DNA of 64,000 bases, taken from Candidatus Aminicenantales bacterium. Its GTDB lineage: Bacteria > Acidobacteriota > Aminicenantia > Aminicenantales > Saccharicenantaceae. The position numbers were made by a program, and so were the translations under genes. The notes beneath the pieces were generated by a model. It did not search any database. It was given only the letters and a program-made list of their open reading frames with translations, and was not told where the DNA came from. The DNA lies in NCBI GenBank assembly GCA_050015275.1, contig JBEKBS010000009.1, positions 719-64,718 of the forward strand, in the 5' to 3' direction. Positions 41,519 through 51,713 of this stretch are shown piece after piece (position 1 is the first letter of the stretch; every line of letters begins with the position of its first letter).

Positions 41519-43471
41519 ATGACAAAAAAACTGATCTCCGCGGCGCTTCTCGTTGGCATGATCGCGGTCTTCGCCTCCGCGCAGGTCCGGGTCGAGTTCA
41601 GGAAGACCGGGGAAACATACACGCTCTACGGCAGCGGGCAGCCGGTCGGGGCCCTGGTGCCTTTCAAGGAGGCGGGTTTCGCCGCCACGGACGGCGTCCT
41701 GGAGGTCCAGCCCGGGCTCTTCGAGTGGACGCGGACCTTCACTTACAACGGCGAGGGTTATGTCCGGCCGGCCCGGCTGACGATGGAGCTCGAAACGTTC
41801 TATGCGTCGAGATACAGTCTCATCCCCGCCGTGTCGTACAACGGAAACCCGTGGGGCAAGGGCTTGGAGCCCAAGGGTTTCAGAAAGGACGGACAGCCCT
41901 GGACCTTCGCCTATCACAGGGTCTCCGTCCCGGGCGCGACCTATTCCGAGTCCGAGGCCTGGTCGGTGGCTCTCTTCAGCCGGCCGGGGCAGCTCGTCTG
42001 CGGCTTCTCCTGCTCCCTCGACCCGGGCCAGGACAGGACCGTCCACCGTCTCGTCTGGCCGGAGGAAGAGACGCCCGTTGTCTACGCGGCCCGCGACCTT
42101 TATGCGGACGCGTATCATGAGGACTTCCGCATGTCCCGCGGCCAAACGGTCACTCTCAAGGCGTGGATCGTCGCCGGCCCCGTGACGGTGCCGAAGCACG
42201 GCTGGCACGCTCTCTTGGACGCCGCCTGGCAGCTCAGCTCCCACCCCGTCTCGCCGCGGTTCGAGCCCGAAGACCTCTGGGAGCTCGGCCTCGAGTTCGC
42301 CAAAGACAGCCTCTGGGCCGAGGAACAGTCCTTCAAGGGCTTCTCCATCGGCCTCAGCTGGGACGGCGCGAAATGGGCCCAGCGCCCGTCCTGGAAATAC
42401 GAGATCGGCTGGGCGGGCCAGAACGCCTCGCTCTCGAACTCTCTCCTTCAGGACTACCTGAAGACTGGTGACCGGACGTCCCTCGATCTCGGGATGAAAT
42501 GCCTCGACGCCTGGGCCCGCAACGCGCGGCTCAAGAACGGCCTCTTCCGCTGCCATTTTGATTATCTGATCGGCCTCGGCGACCCGAAGACGGAGGTCCA
42601 GGACGCCTGCAACCTGGGCCAGGCGGCCCAGGGCTTCTTCGAGGCCTGGGACCTGGCCGCGAAATGCAAGCTCCCGAGGCCGGAGTACCGCGAGATCGCC
42701 GTCGCCATCTGTGATTTCGCGCTCAAGGCCATGCAGCAGGACGGCCGGATCGGCAAGGCCTGGACGAATGACGGCCGGCCCGTCGACCCCGAGGGGACGA
42801 CCGGCGCCTACCTCATCCCGCCCCTCCTCACGGCCTACCGTCTCACCCACAAGCCGCCGTATCTCGAAGGCGCGGAGAGGGCCTTCGCCTTCTACATCGG
42901 GGATTTCATCAAGAACGGCTTCACCACGGCCGGCGCCCTGGACACGGATTGCATCGACAAGGAGTCCGCGACGCCCCTGCTCAAGGCCGCCTTGGACCTC
43001 TACGAGCTCACGGGAAAGGAAACGTACCTACGGTGGGCCGAGGATGTCTCCTATTACGTCGCCTCCTGGCAGTGGCACTACACTGTGCCTTATCCGGCGG
43101 GGACCGTCCTCAACGGGCTCGGCTATGACACCTTGGGCGGGAGCGCCGTCTCGACACAGCATCACCACCAGGACCCCTTCGCCGTGATCATCGTCAACGA
43201 TTGGATCAAGCTGGCCGCCCTGACCGGGAAAACCGTCTGGCGGGATCGGGCCCTGGCCGCCTGGGCCAACGGCACGATCGGGATCTCGAACGGTGACCTC
43301 GTCGTCCTCGGCAAGAAACGGCCGGCCGGAAGCCAGGACGAGGGGTTCCTGCACACCCGTTGGCTCTACCCCTCGAGCGTGAGCCAGTGGCTCGTCGCCT
43401 GGCCGACGGCGTTCCGGCTGGAGACGCTGCGCCTGGCCCCGAACTGGCGGGTTTTCGAAAAGAAGCAATAG
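41519..43471 (+). CDS. Secreted hypothetical protein with an N-terminal beta-sandwich and a C-terminal Trp-rich alpha-helical domain (possible (alpha/alpha)6 glycosidase or lyase)
   Basis: SD AAGGAG precedes ATG 41519, followed by a signal peptide. No named family is recognised. The upstream part of the ORF-track ORF is non-coding. Confidence 0.55.
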   Translation: MTKKLISAALLVGMIAVFASAQVRVEFRKTGETYTLYGSGQPVGALVPFKEAGFAATDGVLEVQPGLFEWTRTFTYNGEGYVRPARLTMELETFYASRYSLIPAVSYNGNPWGKGLEPKGFRKDGQPWTFAYHRVSVPGATYSESEAWSVALFSRPGQLVCGFSCSLDPGQDRTVHRLVWPEEETPVVYAARDLYADAYHEDFRMSRGQTVTLKAWIVAGPVTVPKHGWHALLDAAWQLSSHPVSPRFEPEDLWELGLEFAKDSLWAEEQSFKGFSIGLSWDGAKWAQRPSWKYEIGWAGQNASLSNSLLQDYLKTGDRTSLDLGMKCLDAWARNARLKNGLFRCHFDYLIGLGDPKTEVQDACNLGQAAQGFFEAWDLAAKCKLPRPEYREIAVAICDFALKAMQQDGRIGKAWTNDGRPVDPEGTTGAYLIPPLLTAYRLTHKPPYLEGAERAFAFYIGDFIKNGFTTAGALDTDCIDKESATPLLKAALDLYELTGKETYLRWAEDVSYYVASWQWHYTVPYPAGTVLNGLGYDTLGGSAVSTQHHHQDPFAVIIVNDWIKLAALTGKTVWRDRALAAWANGTIGISNGDLVVLGKKRPAGSQDEGFLHTRWLYPSSVSQWLVAWPTAFRLETLRLAPNWRVFEKKQ

Positions 43472-43573
43472 CCCGGGCGTTGCGATGGCCGATGACCGGA
43501 CGGCGGGTCCCCTGCGCGGCGAGACCGACTTCGCTGCGGACCCCGCGGCATTCCTGAAGCGAGGGAGGGTCCG

Positions 43574-46500
43574 ATGGCGCGCATGATGACAAGGATCCCG
43601 ATCCTGATAACCCTGTTCGTTCTTACTTCCGGGCTTGTCCGGCCGGCCGCCGCCGACGCGCAAGCTCAAGCCCGTCCCGTCGCCGGGATGCGCACGCCGC
43701 CCGCGCCGCTTTTTCGCGATCCCGTCTACGACGGCGCGGCCGACCCCTCCTTCATTTGGAACGACGCCGAGCGGGCTTGGTGGGTCTTTTACACGAACCG
43801 CCGGGCCAACGCGCCCGACGCCCAGGACGGCGTCCGCTGGTGCCATGGGACCGACATCGGCATCGCCTCCTCTCCGGACGGCCGGACCTGGGCTTATCGG
43901 GGCACGGCCAAGGGGCTCGAATTCGAGGCGGGCCGCAACACCTTCTGGGCGCCCTGCCTCGTCGAGCATTCCCGGACCTACCACATGTTCGTTGCCTACG
44001 TGCGCGGCGTGCCCGCCGACTGGAGCGGCGAGCGGCACATCGTCCATTACACGAGCCGCGACCTCGTCCACTGGACGTTCAGTTCCATTCTCGCGCTGAG
44101 CTCGGCCCAGGTCATCGACCCCTTCGTTTACGCCAAGCCGTCCGGCGGCTGGCGGATGTGGTACAAGGACGAGGCCCACGGCTCTCACATTTATGCCGCC
44201 GACAGCGAGGACCTCGACCGTTGGGCCGTCAAGGGAGCGGTCGTCACCGCCGGAGCCCAGGAAGGGCCGGCCGTCTTCTGGTGGCGGGGCGCCTATTGGA
44301 TGCTCGTCGACCGCTGGCAGGGGATGGCGGTGCTGCGTTCGGACGAACTCGAGCGCTGGACCGAGCAGCCGGGGACGATCCTCGGCGTGCCGGGCACCCG
44401 GCCCGACGACGCCGACATCGGCCGCCACGGCGAAGTCGTCGTCCAGGGGCGCGACGCCTACCTCTTCTATTTCACCCATCCGTTCGGACCGAAGGACCAT
44501 GTCCGGCCCGGCCAGCACCGCTCCTCGTTGCAAGTGGCGAAGTTGGAGCTCGCCGGCGGCCGGATCGTCTGCGACCGGAATGAGCCGTTCGACCTCGAGC
44601 TCGGGCCGCCGAGCGGATTCCGGCCGGCGAAAAGGTTCGAGAGCCGTCTCGATCTCCTCACGTCCGACGCGAAGCTGGCCGCGGCCTTCGTCTGGGCCAA
44701 GGGGCAGGCGCTCGACTACGTCTTTCCGGCCGCCGTCTACGGCGATCCGGCGGGCGACTGGTACGAGGCGGCCCTGCCCGGCCGGTTCGCCTTCTGCATG
44801 CGCGACGTCTCCCACCAGGCCACCGGGGCCCATGTCCTTGGTCTGGCGGATTTCAATCTGAACATGCTGAGGAGATTCGCGGCGGGCCTCGCCTCCTCCC
44901 GGCGCCACGCCTCGTTCTGGGAGATCGACAAGTGGGGCAGGCCGGCGCCCGTCGATTATAAGAACGACCGGGATTTCTGGTACAACCTGCCCGCCAACTT
45001 TGATGTCGTGGACGCCTGCCGGCGCCAGTATCTATGGACGGGGAACCGGGCCTACCTCGACGACCCCGCGTTCGCCTCGTTCTGCCGGCAGAGCGTAACC
45101 TCCTATGTCGACGCGTGGGACAACGACGGAGACGGGGTTCCCGACCATCGGACGGTCGACGGGAACCGCGGGCTGGGGAGCTACGACGAGGGTCCGCTGT
45201 CGGACCGGACGGCCATCGGCGCCGACCTCATCGCCGCCGAGGCCCGGGCGTTCCTGTCCTATGCCGAGATGCTGAGGATGAGGGGAGATGTCGAGACGGC
45301 GGGAAGCCTCGAAGCCAGGGCCGCCGGCCTGCAGCGGGCGTTTTACAAAAAGTGGTGGAGTCCGGAGCTCGGGCGTTTCGCCGGGCTCATGCTCCAGGGC
45401 GGGGCTCTCAATTTCGAGGACTTGTTCTGGTCCGGCGTTTTCCCGCTCTATTTCGGCTTCCTCCGTCCAGGTCCCGAGCGCGACATGACCCTGAATCGGA
45501 TCGCCGGGGGGGAGGCGGAGGGCATCGAGATAGAGTCTTACCTGCCCGAGGTCTTTTATCGTTTCGGTCGGGACGAGGCGGCCTACACCGAGGTTCTGAA
45601 GCTCTCGGACCCGGCGAAGAAACGGCGGGAATACCCGGAGGTTGCCTTCGCCCTGGTCGGCGCCATCGCGACGGGTACGATGGGCGTCGAGCCGGAGTCC
45701 GGGGGGCGCGCGGTCGCGACGCGATCGCGGCTGACGGCGGAGGCGGCGTGGGCCGAACTCGTCCACGTGCCCGTCTTCGGGAACGTGATCGATATCCGTC
45801 ACGAGGGCCGCGACCGTTCGGCCCTGACGAATCGATCGGGCCCTGCCCTCGCCTGGCGCGCGGCGTTCGATGGACGGTGGAAGGAGCTGACAGTGGATGG
45901 ACGTCCGACGGAGGCTTTTCAGGGACCGGACGAGGCTGGACACGCCACGAGCTGGGTGACCATGGAAGTTCCGCCAAGCCGGACCGTCACCGTCGCGGTC
46001 GGGGAAGGGCGCGTCTCGGCCGGCCGCCCCCGATGGGACGAAGCCCGGGCTCGGGCCTGGGCCGAATGCAGGCCTTGGGTCCTCGGCTGCAACTATGTTC
46101 CCAGGACGGCCATCAACACCCTCGAGATGTGGCAGTCCGAGACGTACGACCCGAAGACGATCGACCAGGAGCTCGGCTGGGCCGAGTCCCTCGGCTTCAA
46201 CGCCGCCCGGGTCTTCCTCCATTACGCCCTATGGGAGCAGGATCCGGAGGGCTTCACCCGGCGGCTTGAGGACTTCCTCCGGATCGCCGACCGGCATCAC
46301 ATCGGGACAATGTTCGTCCTCTTCGACGACTGCTGGAATGACTCGTTCAAGCTCGGCCCGCAGCCCGTGCCTCGACCCGGCGTCCATAACTCCGGCTGGG
46401 TCCGCTGCCCGGGGACGAAAATGATCGCCGATCCGTCCCGCTGGGGGATCCTCGAGAGCTACACGAAGGGCGTCATCGGCGCGTTCGGGAAGGACCGTCG

Positions 46501-48397
46501 CGTCCTGGCCTGGGACCTCTATAACGAGCCGGGCGGGCCGAAGACCCTGCCTCTCCTGAAAACGGTCTTCGAGTGGGCCAGGTCGGCGGCGCCCATCCAG
46601 CCCCTGACCTCCGGCATCTGGGACGACGCGAAGGACCTCGAGGAGCTCAACCGCTTCCAGGTCGAAAACTCCGACATCGTCTCGTTCCACGCCTATTTTG
46701 ATGAAGCGGGCACGAAGAAAAGGCTGGAGGCGCTGAGAGCTCTCAAGCGGCCTCTCATCTGCACGGAATACATGGCCCGGACGGCCGGAAGCCGGTTCGA
46801 CAACATCCTTCCCCTCTTCAAGGCCGGGGACGTCGGGGCGATGAGCTGGGGCCTCGTGAGCGGCAAGACCCAGACGATCTTTCCCTGGGGGTCGAAAGAA
46901 GGGAGCCCGGAGCCGGCGGTCTGGCACCACGACATCTTCCGGCCGGACGGGCGGCCGTTTTCGCAGGCCGAGGTCCAGGTCATCCGGCAAGCCGCGGGCT
47001 TCGATCTCCCGGGAAAGGAAAAAGCGGCGGGGGGGCACGTCCTGTCCTCTCCTCATCAGGCCTGGACCCTGATCCCGCCCATGGGCTGGAACAGCTGGGA
47101 TTCGTTCGGCCAAGCCATGACGGAAGTCGAGGCCAAGGCCAACGCCGATTTCATGGCGGCGAAGCTCGCCCGTTACGGATGGCGGTATATCGTTGTCGAT
47201 ATCCAGTGGTATGAGCCGCAGATGATGGGGCCGGATTATCCGCTCGAATCGCGGGCCGACGTGGATGGGTTCGGCCGCTTCCGTCCGGCCGAGAACAAGT
47301 TCCCGTCGGCGGCGGGGCGCAAGGGCCTCAAACCGCTCGCGGATTACGTCCATGGGAAGGGACTCAAGTTCGGTCTCCATATTGTCCGCGGCATTCCCCG
47401 GAAAGCCGTCGAGCAAAACACTCCGATCGAAGGCACATCCTATCGCGCGGCCGACATCGCCCTCAAGACTGACTATTGCCCGTGGAACGTGGACCAGTGG
47501 GGCGTCGCTGTGACCAAGCCCGGCGCCCAGGAATGGTATGACTCGTTCTTCCGCCTCCTCGCGTCCTGGGGCGTCGATTTCGTCAAGGTCGACGACATCT
47601 CGCAACCTTATCGGGCCCGGGAGATCGAGATCCTCCGCGCGGCCATCGATAAGTCCGGACGGCCCATCGTCCTGAGTCTCTCGCCCGGGCCGACGCCGAT
47701 CGAGAAGGCCGGCCACGTTGCCCAAAACGCCAACATGTGGCGCCTTCTGAGCGACCTCTGGGACTACTGGGACCAGGTCCTGCCGGCCTTCCGGAAGCTC
47801 CACGATTGGGCGCCTTACGCCGGGCCCGGCCATTGGCCCGACCCCGACATGCTTCCCCTTGGCCATCTCCGCTATCTGCCGCCCGGCTGGTCACAGAACA
47901 AGACGACGAGCCGGGAATATTTCGCCATGACCGCGCACGGGGGCCGCGAGGACGTCCCGAATTTCCTGACCCGCGACGAACAGCGGACGGTGATGACGCT
48001 CTGGACGATCGCCCGGTGCCCGCTGATGTTCGGCGGCCATCTGCCGGCGAGCGACGACTGGACGCTCTCGCTCATCACGAACGAAGAGGTCATCGCCGTC
48101 AATCAGCGGAGCCGGGGCAACCGTCAGCTCTTCAACGCGAACGGCCTCGTCGCCTGGGTCGCCGGGAGCGAGGACGAAGGGGCGCGATATCTCGCCGTTT
48201 TCAATGCCGCCGACAGGGGAGAAAAAGACGCCGCGGCCGGACTCGGGATCAGCGTCCGTCTCTCGGACCTCGGGTTCCCGGGACCGTGCGAAATCCGCGA
48301 CCTCTGGGCGAAAAAGGACCTCGGCAGTCTTGCCGGTGAGTTCGCGCCGGTTATCCCGTGGCACGGGGCCGGACTGTACCGGATCAAGGGAAAATGA
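43574..48397 (+). CDS. Giant (1607 aa) multi-module secreted CAZyme with four modules from N to C
   Basis: One uninterrupted frame is protein-like throughout. Module 1 (aa 35-340) is a GH43/GH32-type five-bladed beta-propeller (DPSFIWNDAERAWWVFYT, WAPCLVEH..YHMF). Module 2 (aa 340-810) is an alpha-helical, six-hairpin-like domain. Module 3 (aa 810-1140) is a clan GH-A TIM barrel (WDLYNEPG acid/base, ICTEYMA nucleophile region). Module 4 (aa 1160-1607) is a GH27 alpha-galactosidase (MGWNSWDSFG, VKVDDI). Confidence 0.75.
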   Translation: MARMMTRIPILITLFVLTSGLVRPAAADAQAQARPVAGMRTPPAPLFRDPVYDGAADPSFIWNDAERAWWVFYTNRRANAPDAQDGVRWCHGTDIGIASSPDGRTWAYRGTAKGLEFEAGRNTFWAPCLVEHSRTYHMFVAYVRGVPADWSGERHIVHYTSRDLVHWTFSSILALSSAQVIDPFVYAKPSGGWRMWYKDEAHGSHIYAADSEDLDRWAVKGAVVTAGAQEGPAVFWWRGAYWMLVDRWQGMAVLRSDELERWTEQPGTILGVPGTRPDDADIGRHGEVVVQGRDAYLFYFTHPFGPKDHVRPGQHRSSLQVAKLELAGGRIVCDRNEPFDLELGPPSGFRPAKRFESRLDLLTSDAKLAAAFVWAKGQALDYVFPAAVYGDPAGDWYEAALPGRFAFCMRDVSHQATGAHVLGLADFNLNMLRRFAAGLASSRRHASFWEIDKWGRPAPVDYKNDRDFWYNLPANFDVVDACRRQYLWTGNRAYLDDPAFASFCRQSVTSYVDAWDNDGDGVPDHRTVDGNRGLGSYDEGPLSDRTAIGADLIAAEARAFLSYAEMLRMRGDVETAGSLEARAAGLQRAFYKKWWSPELGRFAGLMLQGGALNFEDLFWSGVFPLYFGFLRPGPERDMTLNRIAGGEAEGIEIESYLPEVFYRFGRDEAAYTEVLKLSDPAKKRREYPEVAFALVGAIATGTMGVEPESGGRAVATRSRLTAEAAWAELVHVPVFGNVIDIRHEGRDRSALTNRSGPALAWRAAFDGRWKELTVDGRPTEAFQGPDEAGHATSWVTMEVPPSRTVTVAVGEGRVSAGRPRWDEARARAWAECRPWVLGCNYVPRTAINTLEMWQSETYDPKTIDQELGWAESLGFNAARVFLHYALWEQDPEGFTRRLEDFLRIADRHHIGTMFVLFDDCWNDSFKLGPQPVPRPGVHNSGWVRCPGTKMIADPSRWGILESYTKGVIGAFGKDRRVLAWDLYNEPGGPKTLPLLKTVFEWARSAAPIQPLTSGIWDDAKDLEELNRFQVENSDIVSFHAYFDEAGTKKRLEALRALKRPLICTEYMARTAGSRFDNILPLFKAGDVGAMSWGLVSGKTQTIFPWGSKEGSPEPAVWHHDIFRPDGRPFSQAEVQVIRQAAGFDLPGKEKAAGGHVLSSPHQAWTLIPPMGWNSWDSFGQAMTEVEAKANADFMAAKLARYGWRYIVVDIQWYEPQMMGPDYPLESRADVDGFGRFRPAENKFPSAAGRKGLKPLADYVHGKGLKFGLHIVRGIPRKAVEQNTPIEGTSYRAADIALKTDYCPWNVDQWGVAVTKPGAQEWYDSFFRLLASWGVDFVKVDDISQPYRAREIEILRAAIDKSGRPIVLSLSPGPTPIEKAGHVAQNANMWRLLSDLWDYWDQVLPAFRKLHDWAPYAGPGHWPDPDMLPLGHLRYLPPGWSQNKTTSREYFAMTAHGGREDVPNFLTRDEQRTVMTLWTIARCPLMFGGHLPASDDWTLSLITNEEVIAVNQRSRGNRQLFNANGLVAWVAGSEDEGARYLAVFNAADRGEKDAAAGLGISVRLSDLGFPGPCEIRDLWAKKDLGSLAGEFAPVIPWHGAGLYRIKGK

Positions 48398-48408
48398 CCG
48401 GGAACCCC

Positions 48409-50256
48409 TCAGATGAGGTCTCTGAGGGTCACCGTCACTTCCCGGGTTTTGCCGCCCGATCCGACCCGCAGCCGGATTTTGGTGCCGGGCGGATTGGACG
48501 TGAGCATTCTTCGCGCCGCGGGCAGTGAAAGCTCGGCCGGCGTCTTCCCGCCGATCGCCACGATGAGATCGCCCTCTCTCAGCCCGGCTTCGGCCGCCGG
48601 TCCCTTGGGAAGAACGGACACCACCTTGAAGGCTCCGTTCGCCAGGTTCAGCCAAAGGCCGGCGCGATCATAGTCATCCGGCCGGGAGTAGTTGGCGTTC
48701 CGTTCGAAGATCAGCCGCTGCCTGTCATAATCGAAAATGACGTTGAACCGCTTCAGGACGCCGCCGCCGACGTTCCCCGCCACGTACGGATCCGTGAAGG
48801 CCCCCTTCGTCTGCGCGGAAATTTCCGTCAGAGGGTTCTCGACGGTGACGTTCCCCAGTTTGAGGACTTGCGCCCGCGTCACGAGCCCCCGGGCCGGGCC
48901 GCCGACGCCCCAGCCGGTGATCGTCTCGACTTTCGGCTTATAGCGCGCTTTCAGGCTGTGCTTCTCGGCGAACGGAGCCAGGACGGTCAGCGAGGACCGG
49001 CTCCCGGTGTCGATGTCGAACTTCCCGGCCACGCCGTCGATCTCGCCCTCGACCTGAGGGATCTGACCGTTGAACTTGAACGGGACAGCCGTCCCCGGGC
49101 CGGCATAAGAAAACGCCGACGGCACTGTCAGTGTCAGCCGGCCGTGTTCGTAGTCGATGCTCACCACGAATCGCTTGAAGACTTCATAGCCGACAAGTCC
49201 CTGGATGGGCATGCCTTCGACATCTCCCAGCGCTGAGAGGGAGAAAACGGCGAAGATCTGGTTCGAGAGCGTGGCCTCCCCGATCTGGAGAGCCTGGACT
49301 TTCGTCATGCCGACATCCTCGGATTTTTCTCCGACGCCGCGGCCTTGGAGGGCCCCTTCGGATTTCAATCCGAGCTCCCTGGCCAGGTCGACGCTGACGA
49401 TGTTTTGGCCTCCCGTGTCGCAGAGGAGCCGGAACGGCCCTTTCCCGTTGAGAACGGCCTGGACGTAAATATGATTGTTCAGGAGCTCGAAAGGCACGGT
49501 CGTCGAGCTCCGGCCTCCGGAGATCGCAAAATCCGGAGGCGGCGGGCCCGGCATCCGGAACATCTCGTCGTTCAACGGGGCATTCAATTCCACGCTTTCG
49601 ACCGTGATGAGCTGGTCGTAACGGACTTCGCCGTTGGTCGAGCGCGATAAATAGGGAATTTTAATTCCGGAGATTTCGCGGTAATCGGAGAAGTACGTCG
49701 TCCGGGTTTCCATGGCCGTTTTTTCGACGATGCGGTCCAGGAGATAGGTTCTGGCATCGATCCACAGGTCGAACGCCCGGCCGCCCCGGGGGGTGATCCT
49801 GATAACGTGGAATTGACGGTCGTTTTGCTGTTTCAGGCCCGGATACTCGACGGCACCTTCCCAACGTTCCGGGAACCAGTAGGCCAGCGAGCGCCGGAAG
49901 GCGTCGTTGACGGCTTCCTCCTTCGCATCGCCTCCTTCCTCGGCGTGGGAGTGCTTCGAGGGGTCCTGGGACCAGACCGTCCGGCCGTCGAACCCCTCGG
50001 CTCCGGTGAATATCCCCAGCTGAAAGCTCGTGAAGGACCGTCCCTTCAGAATGTCCTCCCAGGACTCGCCCGTCCCCTTCATGCCGCCGACCGCGAGGGC
50101 GACCTTGGAGTGCATGGAAAAAACCGAATCCCAGGCCGCTCCTCCGGAGGCGTCCTTGGCTCTTGCCAGGATATCCTTCGGGTTCTCCAGCGCCTGGCAG
50201 ACGACGGCGACAAGCCATAAGAGGGACAGAAAAAGCAGGAATTTTTTAGTTTTCAT
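48409..50256 (-). CDS. Secreted tandem retropepsin-like aspartic protease (two D-T-G motifs) with a C-terminal PDZ domain
   Basis: A signal peptide follows MKTKKFLLFLSLLWLVAVVCQA. There are two clan AA aspartyl protease cores (LLCDTGGQNIV and FDIDTGSRSSL). The C-terminal PDZ has GLREGDLIVAIGGKTP. Confidence 0.7.
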   Translation of the reverse strand: MKTKKFLLFLSLLWLVAVVCQALENPKDILARAKDASGGAAWDSVFSMHSKVALAVGGMKGTGESWEDILKGRSFTSFQLGIFTGAEGFDGRTVWSQDPSKHSHAEEGGDAKEEAVNDAFRRSLAYWFPERWEGAVEYPGLKQQNDRQFHVIRITPRGGRAFDLWIDARTYLLDRIVEKTAMETRTTYFSDYREISGIKIPYLSRSTNGEVRYDQLITVESVELNAPLNDEMFRMPGPPPPDFAISGGRSSTTVPFELLNNHIYVQAVLNGKGPFRLLCDTGGQNIVSVDLARELGLKSEGALQGRGVGEKSEDVGMTKVQALQIGEATLSNQIFAVFSLSALGDVEGMPIQGLVGYEVFKRFVVSIDYEHGRLTLTVPSAFSYAGPGTAVPFKFNGQIPQVEGEIDGVAGKFDIDTGSRSSLTVLAPFAEKHSLKARYKPKVETITGWGVGGPARGLVTRAQVLKLGNVTVENPLTEISAQTKGAFTDPYVAGNVGGGVLKRFNVIFDYDRQRLIFERNANYSRPDDYDRAGLWLNLANGAFKVVSVLPKGPAAEAGLREGDLIVAIGGKTPAELSLPAARRMLTSNPPGTKIRLRVGSGGKTREVTVTLRDLI

Positions 50257-50307
50257 GGCCCGACTCTCCAAGACGATTTTTTCACATTCCCAATAAGAAA
50301 TACGATT

Positions 50308-51669
50308 TTAGCGAAGAGAGGTTCCCCTTCTGATTTCTTCCTTGGCGATCCTCTCATATTCCGCCTTGTCCAGGAGGCGGACCTCGTGGAGGCACCACTG
50401 ATAGCCGCTGCCGGGCGGATTCCCGACGTAGGCCGGATCGTTCTGGCCGTACGTGAAATTCGCCGAATAACTGAGCCAGGCCGTCCTGCCATCGGCACCG
50501 ATGAACTTCGACGGGAAGTGCACGAAATAAGCCTGGGGACCGAAGTCCTTCCAGTAGGCCGCGATCTTCCACGGGCCCGTGATCTCGGAGGATTCCAGGA
50601 TGTAGGTGTCCATGGATTTGATCGTCGGCCAGCCGTCGGTGATGCACATGAGATACTTCTTCAAGGGGGCGTCGTAGGTCATCGTGACGCAGCCGCAGTG
50701 GTTGTTCCAGCTGAAGAGGGGCCGGATTTTCGAAAAATCGGAGCTCCAGAGGGGTTTTCCGTCACGGCCGTTCCCCGCATAGAACTCGTAACTTTTCATG
50801 TCATTGATCGTTTCGGGAGAGGGCTTGACCCGGGCCAGATAGATTTCGTCGCCCGAGATCCAGCTCAGGTTTCCGGCGCGGGGGTTCGGGTCGGGGGCCG
50901 TCGCGCCGTGGCCGACGAGGTAGGCCTTGCCGTCTGGAGAATGCGTCATGTTCTTCCCGAAGTCCACGAAGTGAGGCGAGCCCATCTTGACCGGCTCGGC
51001 GCCCCAAACCGAGGTCTTCTCGCCGAAGAGGGGATTGGCCGGCGTCGGCAGGGGCGGCTCCCAGGTCTTGCCGAAGTCGCGCGAAATCCGGAAGCCGACG
51101 AACGGCCCCAGGATCGGCCAGTTCATGCTCCAGGCGGGATGGTCGAACAGGCAATAGGTTCCGTAGTACCAGACGCCGTTATGGACGAGCGAACCGCAGG
51201 GATACCGTCCTTCGTACGGGCTGGGGTCGCCGGGGAACGTCCCGAGGTTCGTGATCTTGAGGCTGAGGGGATCCTGGCCTTCGATCATCGCCTGGCCGGT
51301 GCGCGCGTCCTTCCCGCCCGATGAACAACTGGCTTTGCCGACCTCGCCGTCGGTCCAGGGCGAGTACATGTTCCCGTCCGAGGCCCACGACGGATACCAC
51401 GTGTCCGCGTGCTCGTAGGTCGCATAGCGCCCCGTGAAGCCGATGTCGGCGATTTCTTCGGAACGCGGGACCGGGAGCTTGATCGCCCAGGAGTCCATCT
51501 TGACGTACTGCGGCCAGAGCCTGATGGCGCCGGGTGCCGGCGCCGTCCCTGCTTGGCGCGCCTTCGACCGGCCGAAACTCGGCGTGCCGGCCAGGATCAA
51601 AGATAAGGCCAGCCCAAGGGCCGCCCAACGGCGAGATATGTTTCGATGGTTCCTGGCTATCGGGCCCAA
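50308..51669 (-). CDS. DUF4185-like beta-propeller protein (paralog of 14320..16095), secreted
   Basis: A TTG start at 51669 is preceded by AGGAGGA at optimal spacing. It shares DTWYPSWASDGNMYSPWTDGE, LVHNGVWYYGTYC and GSPHFVDFG blocks with the other copy, but lacks that copy's C-terminal extra domain. Confidence 0.65.
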   Translation of the reverse strand: MGPIARNHRNISRRWAALGLALSLILAGTPSFGRSKARQAGTAPAPGAIRLWPQYVKMDSWAIKLPVPRSEEIADIGFTGRYATYEHADTWYPSWASDGNMYSPWTDGEVGKASCSSGGKDARTGQAMIEGQDPLSLKITNLGTFPGDPSPYEGRYPCGSLVHNGVWYYGTYCLFDHPAWSMNWPILGPFVGFRISRDFGKTWEPPLPTPANPLFGEKTSVWGAEPVKMGSPHFVDFGKNMTHSPDGKAYLVGHGATAPDPNPRAGNLSWISGDEIYLARVKPSPETINDMKSYEFYAGNGRDGKPLWSSDFSKIRPLFSWNNHCGCVTMTYDAPLKKYLMCITDGWPTIKSMDTYILESSEITGPWKIAAYWKDFGPQAYFVHFPSKFIGADGRTAWLSYSANFTYGQNDPAYVGNPPGSGYQWCLHEVRLLDKAEYERIAKEEIRRGTSLR

Positions 51670-51713
51670 GGTTTCCTCCTGCGCCGCGGGAGCATTCCCT
51701 GACTGGGCCTGAT

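Noticed and set aside
43028-47866. Three long minus-strand ORFs (626, 396 and 545 aa) across the giant CAZyme gene
   Set aside because: All lie antisense to a frame with unmistakable GH43, GH-A and GH27 motifs. Their translations are Arg/Gly/Pro-rich low complexity.
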